Assembly (NCBI GenBank): GCA_038496445.1
Contig: JALMLS010000204.1
Span: 186,001 to 250,000 of the forward strand
Length of the DNA: 64,000 nucleotides
Reading direction: 5' to 3'
Source: Trichosphaerium sp. ATCC 40318
Taxonomy: Eukaryota > Protista > Tubulinea
In this document: piece by piece, positions 50,508 to 62,180 of the stretch
Layout of the letters: each line of letters opens with the position of its first letter
Position numbering within the stretch: the stretch's first letter is position 1
Made by a program: the position numbers and the translations under genes
The notes under the pieces: generated by a model
What the model was told of the DNA's origin: nothing
Database searches by the model: none
Seen by the model: the letters and a program-made list of their open reading frames with translations, nothing else

Positions 50508-53483
50508 ATGGCTACAAAGATATTAAAGCAGCTACGGCGGAGTAACAGCAAGCATAGGCGATGTTCAAAGTGTATGCATAAAAATCCTTCAGGGTACACG
50601 ACGCTAATTTTATACAACATTTCATCGTAAATTTACACTTCCACGCTAAAAACAGCGTGTTTGAATCAAACGAACAAACTAACAAACTTGAACAAAAAAA
50701 AAAACCAAACAAAAATCACGTGATTTTTTTCTTTGTATGATACACGTGTTTGTTATCTCTTGTAGAAGAGTAATGTATTTTCGAAATTTCGTCAACAACA
50801 AATGAATTGTTCGCGTCTACATAAAAACGATTAAATTTTTTTTTTGTTTACTCGCGAATCAACTACACGAAGCTAACTACGCGTCTACGCGAGTAGATGG
50901 AAATATTGCTCAACATGTGGCCTTAAAAACCCAACAAACGCACAACATCTATTCAGACTCGCTATAATGGGTAGCGCAGGTACCAAAGAGACAATGTAGA
51001 TTCAATTTGGCTTATTTTCCCGATTATAGGAACAGGAAAAAGTTGTTTGGTTCTGCGTTACATTGGAGGACACTTCTACTCAAAGGTAGAGCCAACAATA
51101 GAAGACACATACAGCAAGCAAACAGAACACAGAGGTATACAAGTTATGGTAGAGATAATAGACACAGCAGGCCCGGTAAGTATAACAGATTATCATTATT
51201 ACGTCACGTCTCAATATTAAAGGAGACTTTCAGTGCAATGCGCGAGTTATACATGAAGTTCGGGCAGGGATTTATATTGGTCTTCTCTGTAACCTCTCGT
51301 CAGAGTTTAGAAGACTTGGAGCAAATTCAACGAGATATAAAGAAGAGGAAACCAAAAGACCAACAAAGCGCAGTATGTAGAAGAAAAACTTTCATCAAGT
51401 TATTCTAACAACTTCTCAGGTTCCTATGGTGTTAGTAGGCGCCAAATGCGACCTTGACAAGTCTCGTGAGGTTAGTTTCAGAGAAGGCCTTACACAAGCA
51501 TTGGAATGGGGTTGTCCTTATCTAGAGGTACGTGATTAACACTGTAGTGATAGTGGTTGTCTTATTTCTTGATGTAGATATCTGCTAAGCTGGATCTAAA
51601 CATAAATTCTGTGTTCCAAAGCTGTTTAGATCAGCTTTTCGCAAAGAACAAGATTAGGATGTCTAAAGATGAGAGCAGTTTTTATATTTACAAAAAACCG
51701 TGTTACTTAGAAATACCCGGTAAGTAAGAACCAAAAAACGTCAAAACGACAAAATGTCAATCTGTTTTGTGATTTTTTTTTTTGGTCTTCAAAATGCGAA
51801 GTTTGACATTCCTATCTAGGTCCACCACACCCTCCTAAGTTCAAATCTAAGTCGTCTCTACTCATAAAAGATGTAAATAAGGTCATACAACACTTAGAAG
51901 ACTTTCGTGTAAGCACTCTATTTTTAACAAAACTTTTCGCTAACCACGTGCTATCAACAGGTTTTTTCAGATTTCACGCTTGAAACAAAAGATTGCTCTC
52001 TTCCTCTACATAAAATTTTCTTGGCTAGAAGTAATCACTTATCAGAGTATGCTCAAAAACATGACTCAAAGGTACAAAACAAACATCACATTCAAATTGA
52101 CCTGTTTTGTTTTTTTTTTCGATTGAAAACTCACGACTTTGTTTAGAAAGTACAAGGACCTCATGACCTTGTTTTTGATTTAATGTCTTTCATTTACACT
52201 TCAATTTTACCTATAAATCCTGGCTCTGGTCATTCACTTAATCAAGGTTTGTTGCAGTAAAGGGCGTTTTGGAACTTTTCTTTAACAATTTTTTTTGTAG
52301 TGTTTAACGTAGCTGTGAGTCTGGGTATTGGAAATCTTGTACGAGCAGAGCTTGGGGCTGGATGTACTGGACGTTTAGACCCAATTCATAGAGTTCAAAT
52401 GTCATCACACTTTGAGCTTTATTTCAACTCCAAGACATTTAGTGACGTCAAATTCTATGTTGGTTCATCCAAGAAGCCTCTTTACGCCCACAGGTACACA
52501 TGCGGATCTATCAAACGAACAACAAAATAAGTTCAAGTCTGTTCTTAATTTAACAAGTTTGACTAAATATTTTTTCGAATAGGGTAATCCTGGCTTCTCG
52601 GTGTAATTACTTCAAAGCCATGTTCTCTCAGCCACTCAAAGAATCTCATTCATTTGATGTACATATTGGCGCTACAACACGCATTGTATTCTATCACCTA
52701 ATACGGTATCTCTACACTGATAAAATAGAATTTACAAAAAGCTTGGATAAGTTCGATCATCTTCAAGGATTACTTATGCTTGCTGGTCAGTACGGTATCC
52801 GAAGGCTTCAAAAAAGATGCGAGCAACGTATTACGAAGTATGTTAAGGTTGATAACGCCATAGAGCTACTATCCGTACGTCAAGAACGAAGAAAAAGATT
52901 AAAAGAACACAGGTCGCTTTAGTACCGCACCAACTTTTTCCCTTCTTCTGTTGCGCTTTGACAGGTCACTTATTTAATTTATTAGCTTGGCGAAGCAACT
53001 GTTAGTAAGTACCTTGTCTCTTACTGTACTTGGGTTCTTCAAAAAGAATTTTTGATACTCTCAAAGAGCTGTGATCTGTTAACATTATCACCTCGTCTGC
53101 GGAATAAAGCATTGGTATATTCCAAGTACCACGTGGCTGAAAAGCATCAGAGCAAGTGGGTACGTATAATTCATACGTTTCTAGTAAACTGTTGTTGTTT
53201 TCTTCAAAACACGAGACATCACGTGATATTTGACGCTAACTTGAATAGGCTTTGCTGAAACCAGAAATTTTGGGATCGATTTTTAGACATTTACCATTCT
53301 ACGCTTTAAAGAACGCTAGAAGTGTTTGCTCGTACTGGCATTACGCGTCTTATACAGTACGTTGTATGGTAATAAAGGCGTTGTAACTAATGACAACTAT
53401 AGCACATGCCAAAAATGACAAGACTAAGACAGTTGTCGCTCGGTTGTAAAAACACTTACAGCAAAAGGTTCGAAAAACGATAA
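50508..53483 (+). CDS. Zinc ribbon + Ras/Rap-like GTPase + two BTB domains + C-terminal F-box
   Basis: CSKC..NPSG|WKYCSTCG across intron 50594-50896. GTPase motifs GSAGTGKS, PTIEDTY, DTAGPETF, GAKCD and EISAK. BTB motifs FSDFTL..LHKIFLAR and FSDVKF..YAHRVILASRCNYFKAMF. Then WALLKPEILGSIFRHL..RSVCSYW. Stop TAA 53481-53483. Confidence 0.8.
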
Positions 53484-53817
53484 AAAAATTTGATATCTTA
53501 TTCATCATTGCTGTTGTATTAATATAGTTCAATAGAATCGACAGAAGGCAAATGTTATCTCAAAGCCTAGCTTAATAAAAAAAAAGAAATATCAGCATGT
53601 ATACTACCAGACCAACCATAAACACGCTTGTAACATAAAAAGAAATGTACAAAGTATAAAAAAAAAAAAAATCCAAACAAAATCAACTGTAAACTGTTTT
53701 CTCGATATATGATGATTTCTAGCTTTATATTTTTATATATTACATTTGACTTTTGTACATTTTGCTAAATGATTTTGATTACAGTTGTATTTTTTTCTAT
53801 GGAGGGGGAGTTGTAGT

Positions 53818-54998
53818 TTACATTGTTTTCGTTGATTTTGTAATTTTCCTTTTTTTCTGTTTTTGTTTTGTTGTATCTTTAACACTTCGTCGTCTTTTAC
53901 CGGTGCTTTTATTACCTCTGTAGAAGTGGTATAACCTCCATTGTTTACCAGGCTCTGAAGATTGCCATTGCTTTACTTTACATATCATAGGGTCCATTCT
54001 ATTCACAGAAGTGTAATGCGAATCAGAATAAGATCGGAATTGAAAACCGACCTGTGGTGGTCTTTTTGTACTTTTATTTACAAGGAGGAAGTACATCATA
54101 CCAGCTAAAATACAAGTAAGTAAACGATACATTAAAATAAGACTGATATTTTGGTGTTTTCAAAGAAAAAAAAAAACGTACCAAGATCGCCTAGGTTTTT
54201 AGGACTTGGGTGCGTACGCTTCAGGTACATGCCCCTGAATTCAGGGTGTCCGCATACTGTATTAAATAGTAATTCGTATGTGCTAGGCTTGAGTTTTTTT
54301 GATTTTCTTCCAGAAAGAAGGTCAGGCGCTATGTATTTGTTGTGGTTTTTAACGTTCTGTTTTAGCTTTTCTATCTTATCGCGGATTTTATCCAAACCGC
54401 TTAGTATCTGTTGTTCTTTTTGCTCGCACTCTTCCATTGAAACGCATTGCGTTGGATCAAAACTGCTTAAAACAGCTGGTTCTAGGTCGCTAGAAGAGCG
54501 CAATAGTTTTGGTTTTGGTTTTGGTTTTGAATGCGATGAGCGAGTGTCTATTGTTATCATTGGCTGTACGGACTTCACTGGCTTGCCGTTGAAAGTATGG
54601 CCAATGGTCAAAGGCGGTTGGGACGAATTTACGGCGGAGGAGTTTAAACGGACGCCAAAAGAAAAGCCAGCATCTTGTCTGCCATCACATGAGCGTGTGA
54701 GTGTAAAATCGGGTGTTGTAATTGATGTGTCTTCTATTGGAGAAAATAAAGCTGGGCGGCTTAGTAGCTTGGTATGTGGTTGTATTAGCTTTGAACGCGA
54801 GTTTGAGTTCGTTTGTACTCGTTTGCGTTGTGTATTATTAGTTGTTCGCATTGGCGTTATAGGAGGGCACATTTGATCTGGTGAACGCCATAGAGCCGCT
54901 TTTAGAGGTTGAACGCCAAAAAATGGGTCGTTTGTCTTTTCCATGCACTTTATCTTTACGACAGTACCAGTATGTAGGTTTGGAAACTGTTGCAACAT
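53818..54998 (-). CDS. Hypothetical protein, basic/disordered with a short coiled coil, 2 exons
   Basis: The 288-aa ORF joins the 104-aa ORF through CTTG|gtacg...ttttag|CTGG. No family recognised. Confidence 0.6.
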
Positions 54999-55663
54999 TT
55001 ATTATGAGTTTTTAGTGGTGTTGCTGTACACCACGACTATATTGATGAGAATGCGTTGTTGTACTTGAAAAAACGTGAGATTCGCTTCACTGAACGTTTT
55101 GCAGGGTTGTCATTTTCGCACTGGCTATTCAGTGCTTCAGTACCAGCCGCCAACAACGCAACCCGCGCACAATTAGCGTAGTATCAATGTAACTAGAGGG
55201 TCTGCAGGCCATTGTAGGAAATCTGTAGTATTTGCGTTCCACTGCTATAACTGAATGCTGTACTTCCTAATTCCACTTTTGTTCGAACTACTACGCACAT
55301 ACAATACGTTATAGGTCACTTGTAGCCTTCCTATTCTTTTTTTAGCTTTTTTCGATAAAAAACTCAATAAGATAACCGAAAACCAACTGTCACTGCACTA
55401 CAATCACGTAAAGTGGCGTGTTATTGATAACAGGACATGGTGCGATCATTCTGAGTAAAATCAGAGTTTTATTTGTAGAATGATGACGTACGCGATCGTT
55501 GAAAGTTTCACCACGTGTTTGTGTATCATGACCATGCTGCCGTTGTCGACCAACCTTTTTGGGCTATATTACCAAGACTTTTGAATGGTCGTCACCTTTT
55601 TCACGATGAGTTTAAGGCGCCTTACTAGCATTGTACGGCTGCAAGTGCTACTTGGTTCTGCGC

Positions 55664-58600
55664 ATGGCAGAGCCTACAGAAGAGTTAAACTACGGGTTAC
55701 GTGATAAATGGTTATCTCTTATTGGAAACGACTTTACAAGAGTACCTGTACTTGTAGACCTTATTAATGTAAACCCAAATACAATTGAAGGGTTAACAAT
55801 CAGTTATTCTCAAATAACGTGCGTAGAAATAAAAAAAACGTGACAACAGTTCAAATTTACCAACAAGTGATAGTCGCTTAGAAAACTTGGAACCATTTTC
55901 ATGTCTGAAATACTTAACGCTTGATAACAACAAACTGAAAGCAGAAGTTAACTTCCCTTTTATGCCTTCTCTTGTAACTCTTTGGGTAAACAATAATGAG
56001 GTACTTATAATGAAAAAAACATCACGTGGAGTTGTACATTTCAAGTTGTTGAAACGGTTTTTTAAAGATTTACGATGTGGACAACTTCTTGAAGCAAGTG
56101 GTGAAAGCATTCCCTAATATGACTCACTTGAGTCTACTCGGTAATCCTTGCCGTCCAATAGCATCAACCAACATGAAGCAATACAAGTACAAATCTCTAA
56201 AACGTATGTACAGATGTAACAAATGTGCCTAGAACAAAAGTGATTAAAGCTATTCCAAAACTGGAGTACTTGGATGGCTTAAAAGTCACAAGTGATGAGA
56301 GAACAGAAGCGCTAAAGCCACCTTTAAAAAGGTCTGTTAGCGTAAACACAGCTATAATTAAGCCACCAATTGTGAACAAATACAGCTACTATGGCAAAAA
56401 TTCTGAAGGCAATAGATTTCTTCCAAATGTCGGTCTCGGTATGTGTGAGCACTTGTATTATATTAACTAATAAGTACTAAGGTGAGATTGGTGGTGAGTT
56501 TGAAAGAAAAAGATATACACCAGGACTTTGCGGAGAAGTACAAAACAAAATACACTTTGTGCAATTTTTTTTTTTTTGTTCAAAAACGTTGTAGGACGGG
56601 AAGCAAATACCAGTGGTTGGCATGGATGTAGATTCTCAAATAACTGATCTAGTTAGTAAAGTACTTGTTACACAGTATTATGTCAACACAAGCGACACAG
56701 CAACTGAACTCAGGTATGCTTTTTCTAGCAGCTTTTTAGGAAAATGTCCAAACTAGTTATTAAGGTTTGCTTTTCCTCTTTCTGAATGCGCTGCTGTGAA
56801 TGGTTTCACAGCAGAAATCAATGACAAAAGGGTGGTTGGAGTTGTGAAATCAAAAGAAGAAGCAGAAGAGGAATATGATGATTCAATAGCCGAGGGAAAA
56901 GGAGCTGTACTTCTAGAAGAGACAGGTATTTTTTATTACAAAAAAAAAGACATGCTCAGTATGCAGTAACATGACCTCATTTAGAACAACAAGACGTTTT
57001 TATGACATCTCTTGGGAATATACCGCCAAATGCCACAGTTACGATAAGTCTATCATACGTGACAGAGATGGAAATGTCGGGTACTTTTTTCCTCCGCCTC
57101 AAAGTAATCCGAACTCTTTGTTTAAGTCAAAGCTAAGATCCTCTTAAGGTAATGACTTGCGATTTGTTCTACCCACACAACTAACAAGCCAAAAGAGTAC
57201 ACTAGTTACAAATGAAGTAAAAGCGGGCAATGTAATAACACCGCAATTACATACATTTGTGTTCAACATTCATACTTTTTGTGATATTGTTGCTGTAAAC
57301 TCTCCAACTTATAACCTTGATGTGAACCTTTCACAAGATTTTGCTGTAGCAAAGATGACAAGTAAAGACCAACGTAACATTGAATCATTAAAGAAGGGAA
57401 TTGAATTCGTTCTACTGATTTCTCTAAGCACTCCACACAAGGTATGTTGTTGTACTGATCAGTATTAGTATAGTACTAAAACTAGTTTAACTTTTTGTCT
57501 GTTAAAGCCACGTGTTTGGTTTGAAGATGATGAATCACATAAAACAACAGCTGCTATGGTTTCTTTCTATCCAAAATTTGATACAAGAACTGTGGTACGT
57601 ATAGCATTCAACATAGTAAAAAACTAAACAACAAATCGCTATTCTCTTTTTTTTGTCAGTGGTTTATATAAATATTGTTAATTGACATAGGTTAATGAAC
57701 TTATCTTCGTTGTTGACTGTAGTGCATCTATGGGAGGTGACAGAATAAAACATGCTATAGATACACTACTGACGCTTCTAAAAAAAGTGGTAAGACAAGC
57801 ATACTACAAAATTAACAATACCATGTAACTCCTCTTCTCCAGCCAAGCACGTGCATGCTCAATATATGCGCTTTTGGATCGTAAGTTTACTACAATGCAT
57901 TCCTTAACTTGTTTTGTGGGTACTAACAATCTGTTAAGAGCGTACAAGTTGATGTTCGATACCAGTCGTACTTTTTCTTACAGTACAAAGAAAAAGGCAA
58001 TAAAATATGCTCGTGGTTTGAAAGCAGATATGGGTGGCACTGAGATTTTAGTTCCTTTATATGATATATTAAATAGAAAAGGACGCCCAGATATACCATG
58101 TCAGTTATTTATTCTTACAGACGGTGAAGTATCAAACACTAAAAAAGTAATTCAATGCATCAGGAAACACAAAGGTAGCAAGTTTTTTTTCCTTTTTCCT
58201 CACCATGGTTTAAAAGGTTCAACACGTGTTTTCACGTTTGGTATTGGTTCCAGTTGTTCTAGAGAACTAGTACGCGGTATGGCAAGAGCGGCAGGTGGTA
58301 AAGCAGAGTTTATTTCTAACACTCGAAACCTTAAAGAAAAAGTTGTTGCACATTTAGAGGTTAGTTTTTTTGGGATTCTTACTTACTTTTCCTTGTGGCT
58401 TGCTTTACTTTACTAAATATTAATTACTTTTTAGGCCGCGCTATCTCCAGCAATGATAAACGTAAGTATTTACATCCACTTCTTAAAGAGCTTACCCCGC
58501 TACTGGTTAGATAAACGTGGATTGGGGTGAGCTTTCGATTACACAACAAGCGCCTATGGTTATCTCGTCTTTATACAGTAATTCTCGTCTATTAGTATAT

Positions 58601-59060
58601 GCATTACTTCCAATGGCATCAACTGAAGACCTAAATACTATTATAACTCTTAATGGAAGTACAGTTGATGAGAAAAAAACAAGAACTGTAACATTTAAAA
58701 TACCAGTAACGAATACGCCTCATTTGAAAGGAAATCTTATTCACACACTGGCTGCAAAGTCATTGATAACTGAACTGCTTGAAGGTACCTCAACAACAAA
58801 CCACGAAAAACGACCCCTTTGCTAACACACGTGACTCAGCAGATGATTCTGGTGAGAATGATACATTAGCTTTAAATGATTTCCGATCTAGAGAAGAGTT
58901 CATTAAGAAGAGTGTAACTAATTTAGCACTCAAGTATAGCCTTATATCAAAGTTTACTAGTTTTGTGGCTAGTGGTATAGATCTACCAAAAGGAAAACAA
59001 AGGACAATGAGAAGAGCTAGAAAGAAGCGTGTGTATTCTGGCATGGACTACGAACTATAA
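55664..59060 (+). CDS. LRMDA-like LRR domain fused to VIT + vWA (vWA5A-like) domains, multi-exon
   Basis: LRR: LKYLTLDNN, LVTLWVNNN, LSLLGNP, PKLEYLDG, YYGKNSEGNRF. VIT: TQYYVN..FAFPL..GFTAEI..GVVKSKEEA..SLGNIPP. vWA MIDAS: FVVDCSASM, DMGGTE, ILTDGEV, RVFTFGIG. Confidence 0.85.
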
Positions 59061-59355
59061 AGTAACGAGGCTAGATAGACGGTTCTTGCCTAAGTTCAAA
59101 ATCTCAAAAAAAAGTTTAGTTCTTGTCAGCTAGTGTTTACCAAATCCTTGTCACGTGGACAAGCTGATTGTGATAACACCACATAAAAGGTAGTGACTAA
59201 AAAGTACTAGTTTGTAATCATGAGCCCACTATGGCAACTAGCTATTCCATGTAGGAAATTGATAAACAATAATATTGTAGAAAGAACAGCAGTTTTATTT
59301 TTTCATAATTTGAACATTGGCAATGTTTACTTGGTTCGTTTTTTTTTTGTTTAAT

Positions 59356-61734
59356 TTATTGTACGTAGTTGGCAGTGCCAGCAGCCTTTTTAATCTTAGC
59401 CATGATGAGTTCTTCCATCATTTCATCTTGAACTTCAGGGTTCAAGTCAATGTGGAATGGCTAAAAAAGAACATCAGAAATAAAAGAAAAAAAAAATCAA
59501 ACTACGATGCTAACAAAACAAAAAAGAATACTACGTACAGCAAATAGGTCATGAACAGCGCCTTTGTGAGTGGACAACTTAGCTCTTTGCATTCTGTGGA
59601 TTTTGGAACCAACCCAGTTGACAAAAACAAATTTGATAGTTGTGGATTGATCTAGAACAGAAATAAGCTTTAAGTTCGCCAAAAAAAAAAAAGAAAAGAA
59701 TGATTTTGTCACATACCAACTTGTTCTGTCATACGAAGCAAGCAATAGCATACTTGGTCATCTTGTAATGCAGCTTTGAGACCTGCAAATCCATCCTCTA
59801 GTACATGGTATAAGCAACAAATATCATGACGTGATATGATCCAAACATACCTCCAGTAGCTCCAAGAACAAGTGTCTTCGATTTAGGAGCATCATAGGTA
59901 ACCAAACACCTGTATAAGTCAGTATATAGTCCAAGTCAATGTTGATAGTAAACATACCAGTCTGTGGCATCACCGTCATTACGTACTGCCTGTATGGCAG
60001 CTCTAATACCTTCTTCGTCTGGTAGAACAACTTCGACGTTTTCACGGTTGACAGCAGGCGCAACGAAACGCTTTTTCGGTTTGCTAGCTGGTTTTGGTGC
60101 TTCTGCTTGTTCTTGTGGTTCTTCACCTTCTTGTGGTTCCTCAGAAGCCTCTGTTTGTTGTACTTCAGCCTTTGGAGTCTTTGAAATACGTTCACTTGGG
60201 ATCTTATCGCAAAGTTAGGAACTAAAGACTTGAGTGATTGAAAATCACTTACTGTTGTTTCCAATACGTTACACTTTTGTCCTGATGCAAAACCAATTAG
60301 GTTCTCAAGGATCTCATCAGAAACTTCCTCAAGGTGCTCTGCAGAGAGATCGACGTGGAACGGGTGGAATGTTTTCTTTACTCCACCACTATGTGTACCT
60401 AACGACGAATAAGCAAAAGAAAGCAGGAATAGCGAAGAAATGGACAAAAAAAAAGAATGACGGAAAACTCATTCTACAAAAACAAATAAAATGCTACTGT
60501 ACCTAGTCTAGCACGCTTCATTACTGCTACTTTACCAGGAACCCATCTTATAAAGCAAAATTTTTTGGTAACAGACATGTCAATCTGTTCAGTCTTTGAA
60601 ACAAAACCATAACCAACACGGTCCTCTTGAAGCATACCCTTTAATTCTTCAACACCACCTGAGCCAGAACCAGCAAGTACAACATGATTAGACTTTGAGT
60701 CCTCATAAGTGGCAAGACACCTTGTAAAAGAGACATTAGTAAAACAACTAGCGCTAAACCACAAAAAAAAAAGAAGAAAAAAATGTCAGTACCAGTTTGT
60801 CTCGTCGTTTGATCGTACAGAGGCGATGGCTTCTTTAATTGCATCCTCATCAAATGTAAGCTCACCTTGAGCCTTACCACGGCCTGTTTTACCGCGTGTG
60901 GCTTGAGAAAGGAAGTTAGAAAATTGATATTTACTCACAATGTATTGATTTTTTTGATAACGATTTTGCGGTTTGAGTCTATAAAACGCCTTCTTGCGCA
61001 TGATAAATAGCGTTGCGAAGGTTTTGTAGTTTAGATTTTGCAAAAATAAAAATAACGATCAAGTGATAAGTGTTCATCACGTACAAACGCCACCAGCAAC
61101 CCTGTTTGATGCTTGTGAAGATAAGTTTTTAACCTGCAAGAGAAATAAGTCCACACAAATTGTGACACAACGCCGTTCAACATACACCACCTGCGTCTAG
61201 AACGCGAGATCCTGAGCCACTGGTATCCATAACTTTGGTTGTAATGACTTCTTGCGTTAGCTCATCATCAGTATTCGCTGTAAGCTCAACATGGGTTTGC
61301 TTGGTAGTGTTTTAGAAGCGAAATGATGTCATTATTGTGAATACGTACGCCGATAAACTTTTTGATACCACCAAGGTGCACGCTGATACGAGCCTTCTGC
61401 ATAAATCGTACTTTCGTACCAACCCAGTTTATGAAAACAAACTTCACAGTGACGCTGTTGTCAATTGTATCATTTTGACGCAAGAGAGCGAACCCAACAA
61501 CCTCATCAGTTAACGACTCCTTCAACTCCGCCAAACCGCCTTCTCCTTGGCCCAAAAGTTTGAATTTCTGAGCGTCTTTTCCAGAAGGTGCAGCGTAAGT
61601 GATACAAGCCCTGTTACAGTGAGAAAAAGCAGTCTGCAACTTTTTTTGTACCAATCAACATCGTTGGAGTCGTTACGAACGGCAGCGAGCGCTTGTTGAC
61701 AATCTTCCTCGTCTATCCATTTTAGTTCTGCCAT
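59356..61734 (-). CDS. Coactosin-like protein with three tandem ADF-H domains
   Basis: Three copies of A(L/I)xxVRxDxxxxxW...G.GG..EL...KF(V/C)F(I/V).WV...RA(R/K)...H.G. Start MAELKWIDEE at 61734. Stop TAA 59356-59358. Confidence 0.88.
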
Positions 61735-62180
61735 GTTGTACAAAGTACTGAAAACTGCGTTGTTTGACGAAACAAGACTTTGTTGAAGTACTGTACTGTA
61801 ATTCTAGGGTATAGACTTGCCGTGCAGGATGAATTACCATTTGTAGTTGATGTTCTTTCTTTGGCAGTTTTCAGTTTCCTGTGAGGTTTAATGTAATCAC
61901 TGCGTTAAATAGTTGGTGATAGTCAGTGCTGTTAGAGGTTTGTACATAGCAAGTATAAAAAAACAATTACAAAAGGCTTGCCAGCTTGTTCTTTTGATCT
62001 TGTGCATCTACAACGACGAACTACTCAGAGTGATACTGGCAGTTAAATCAAAGCAATATTAATGCTGTTATTGTAACAGAAAGCTCGTAATTAATATCAC
62101 GTAGAGCGAGCGATTTTACACAAGAAGAAGGTCCTTTTATTGTCTTTTTGGGATCTCATAAATTTCTTACAAGCCTCGCC

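Noticed and set aside
54151-54876. 241-aa plus-strand ORF
   Set aside because: It is antisense to the spliced minus-strand gene, starts at GTG and has no recognisable motifs.
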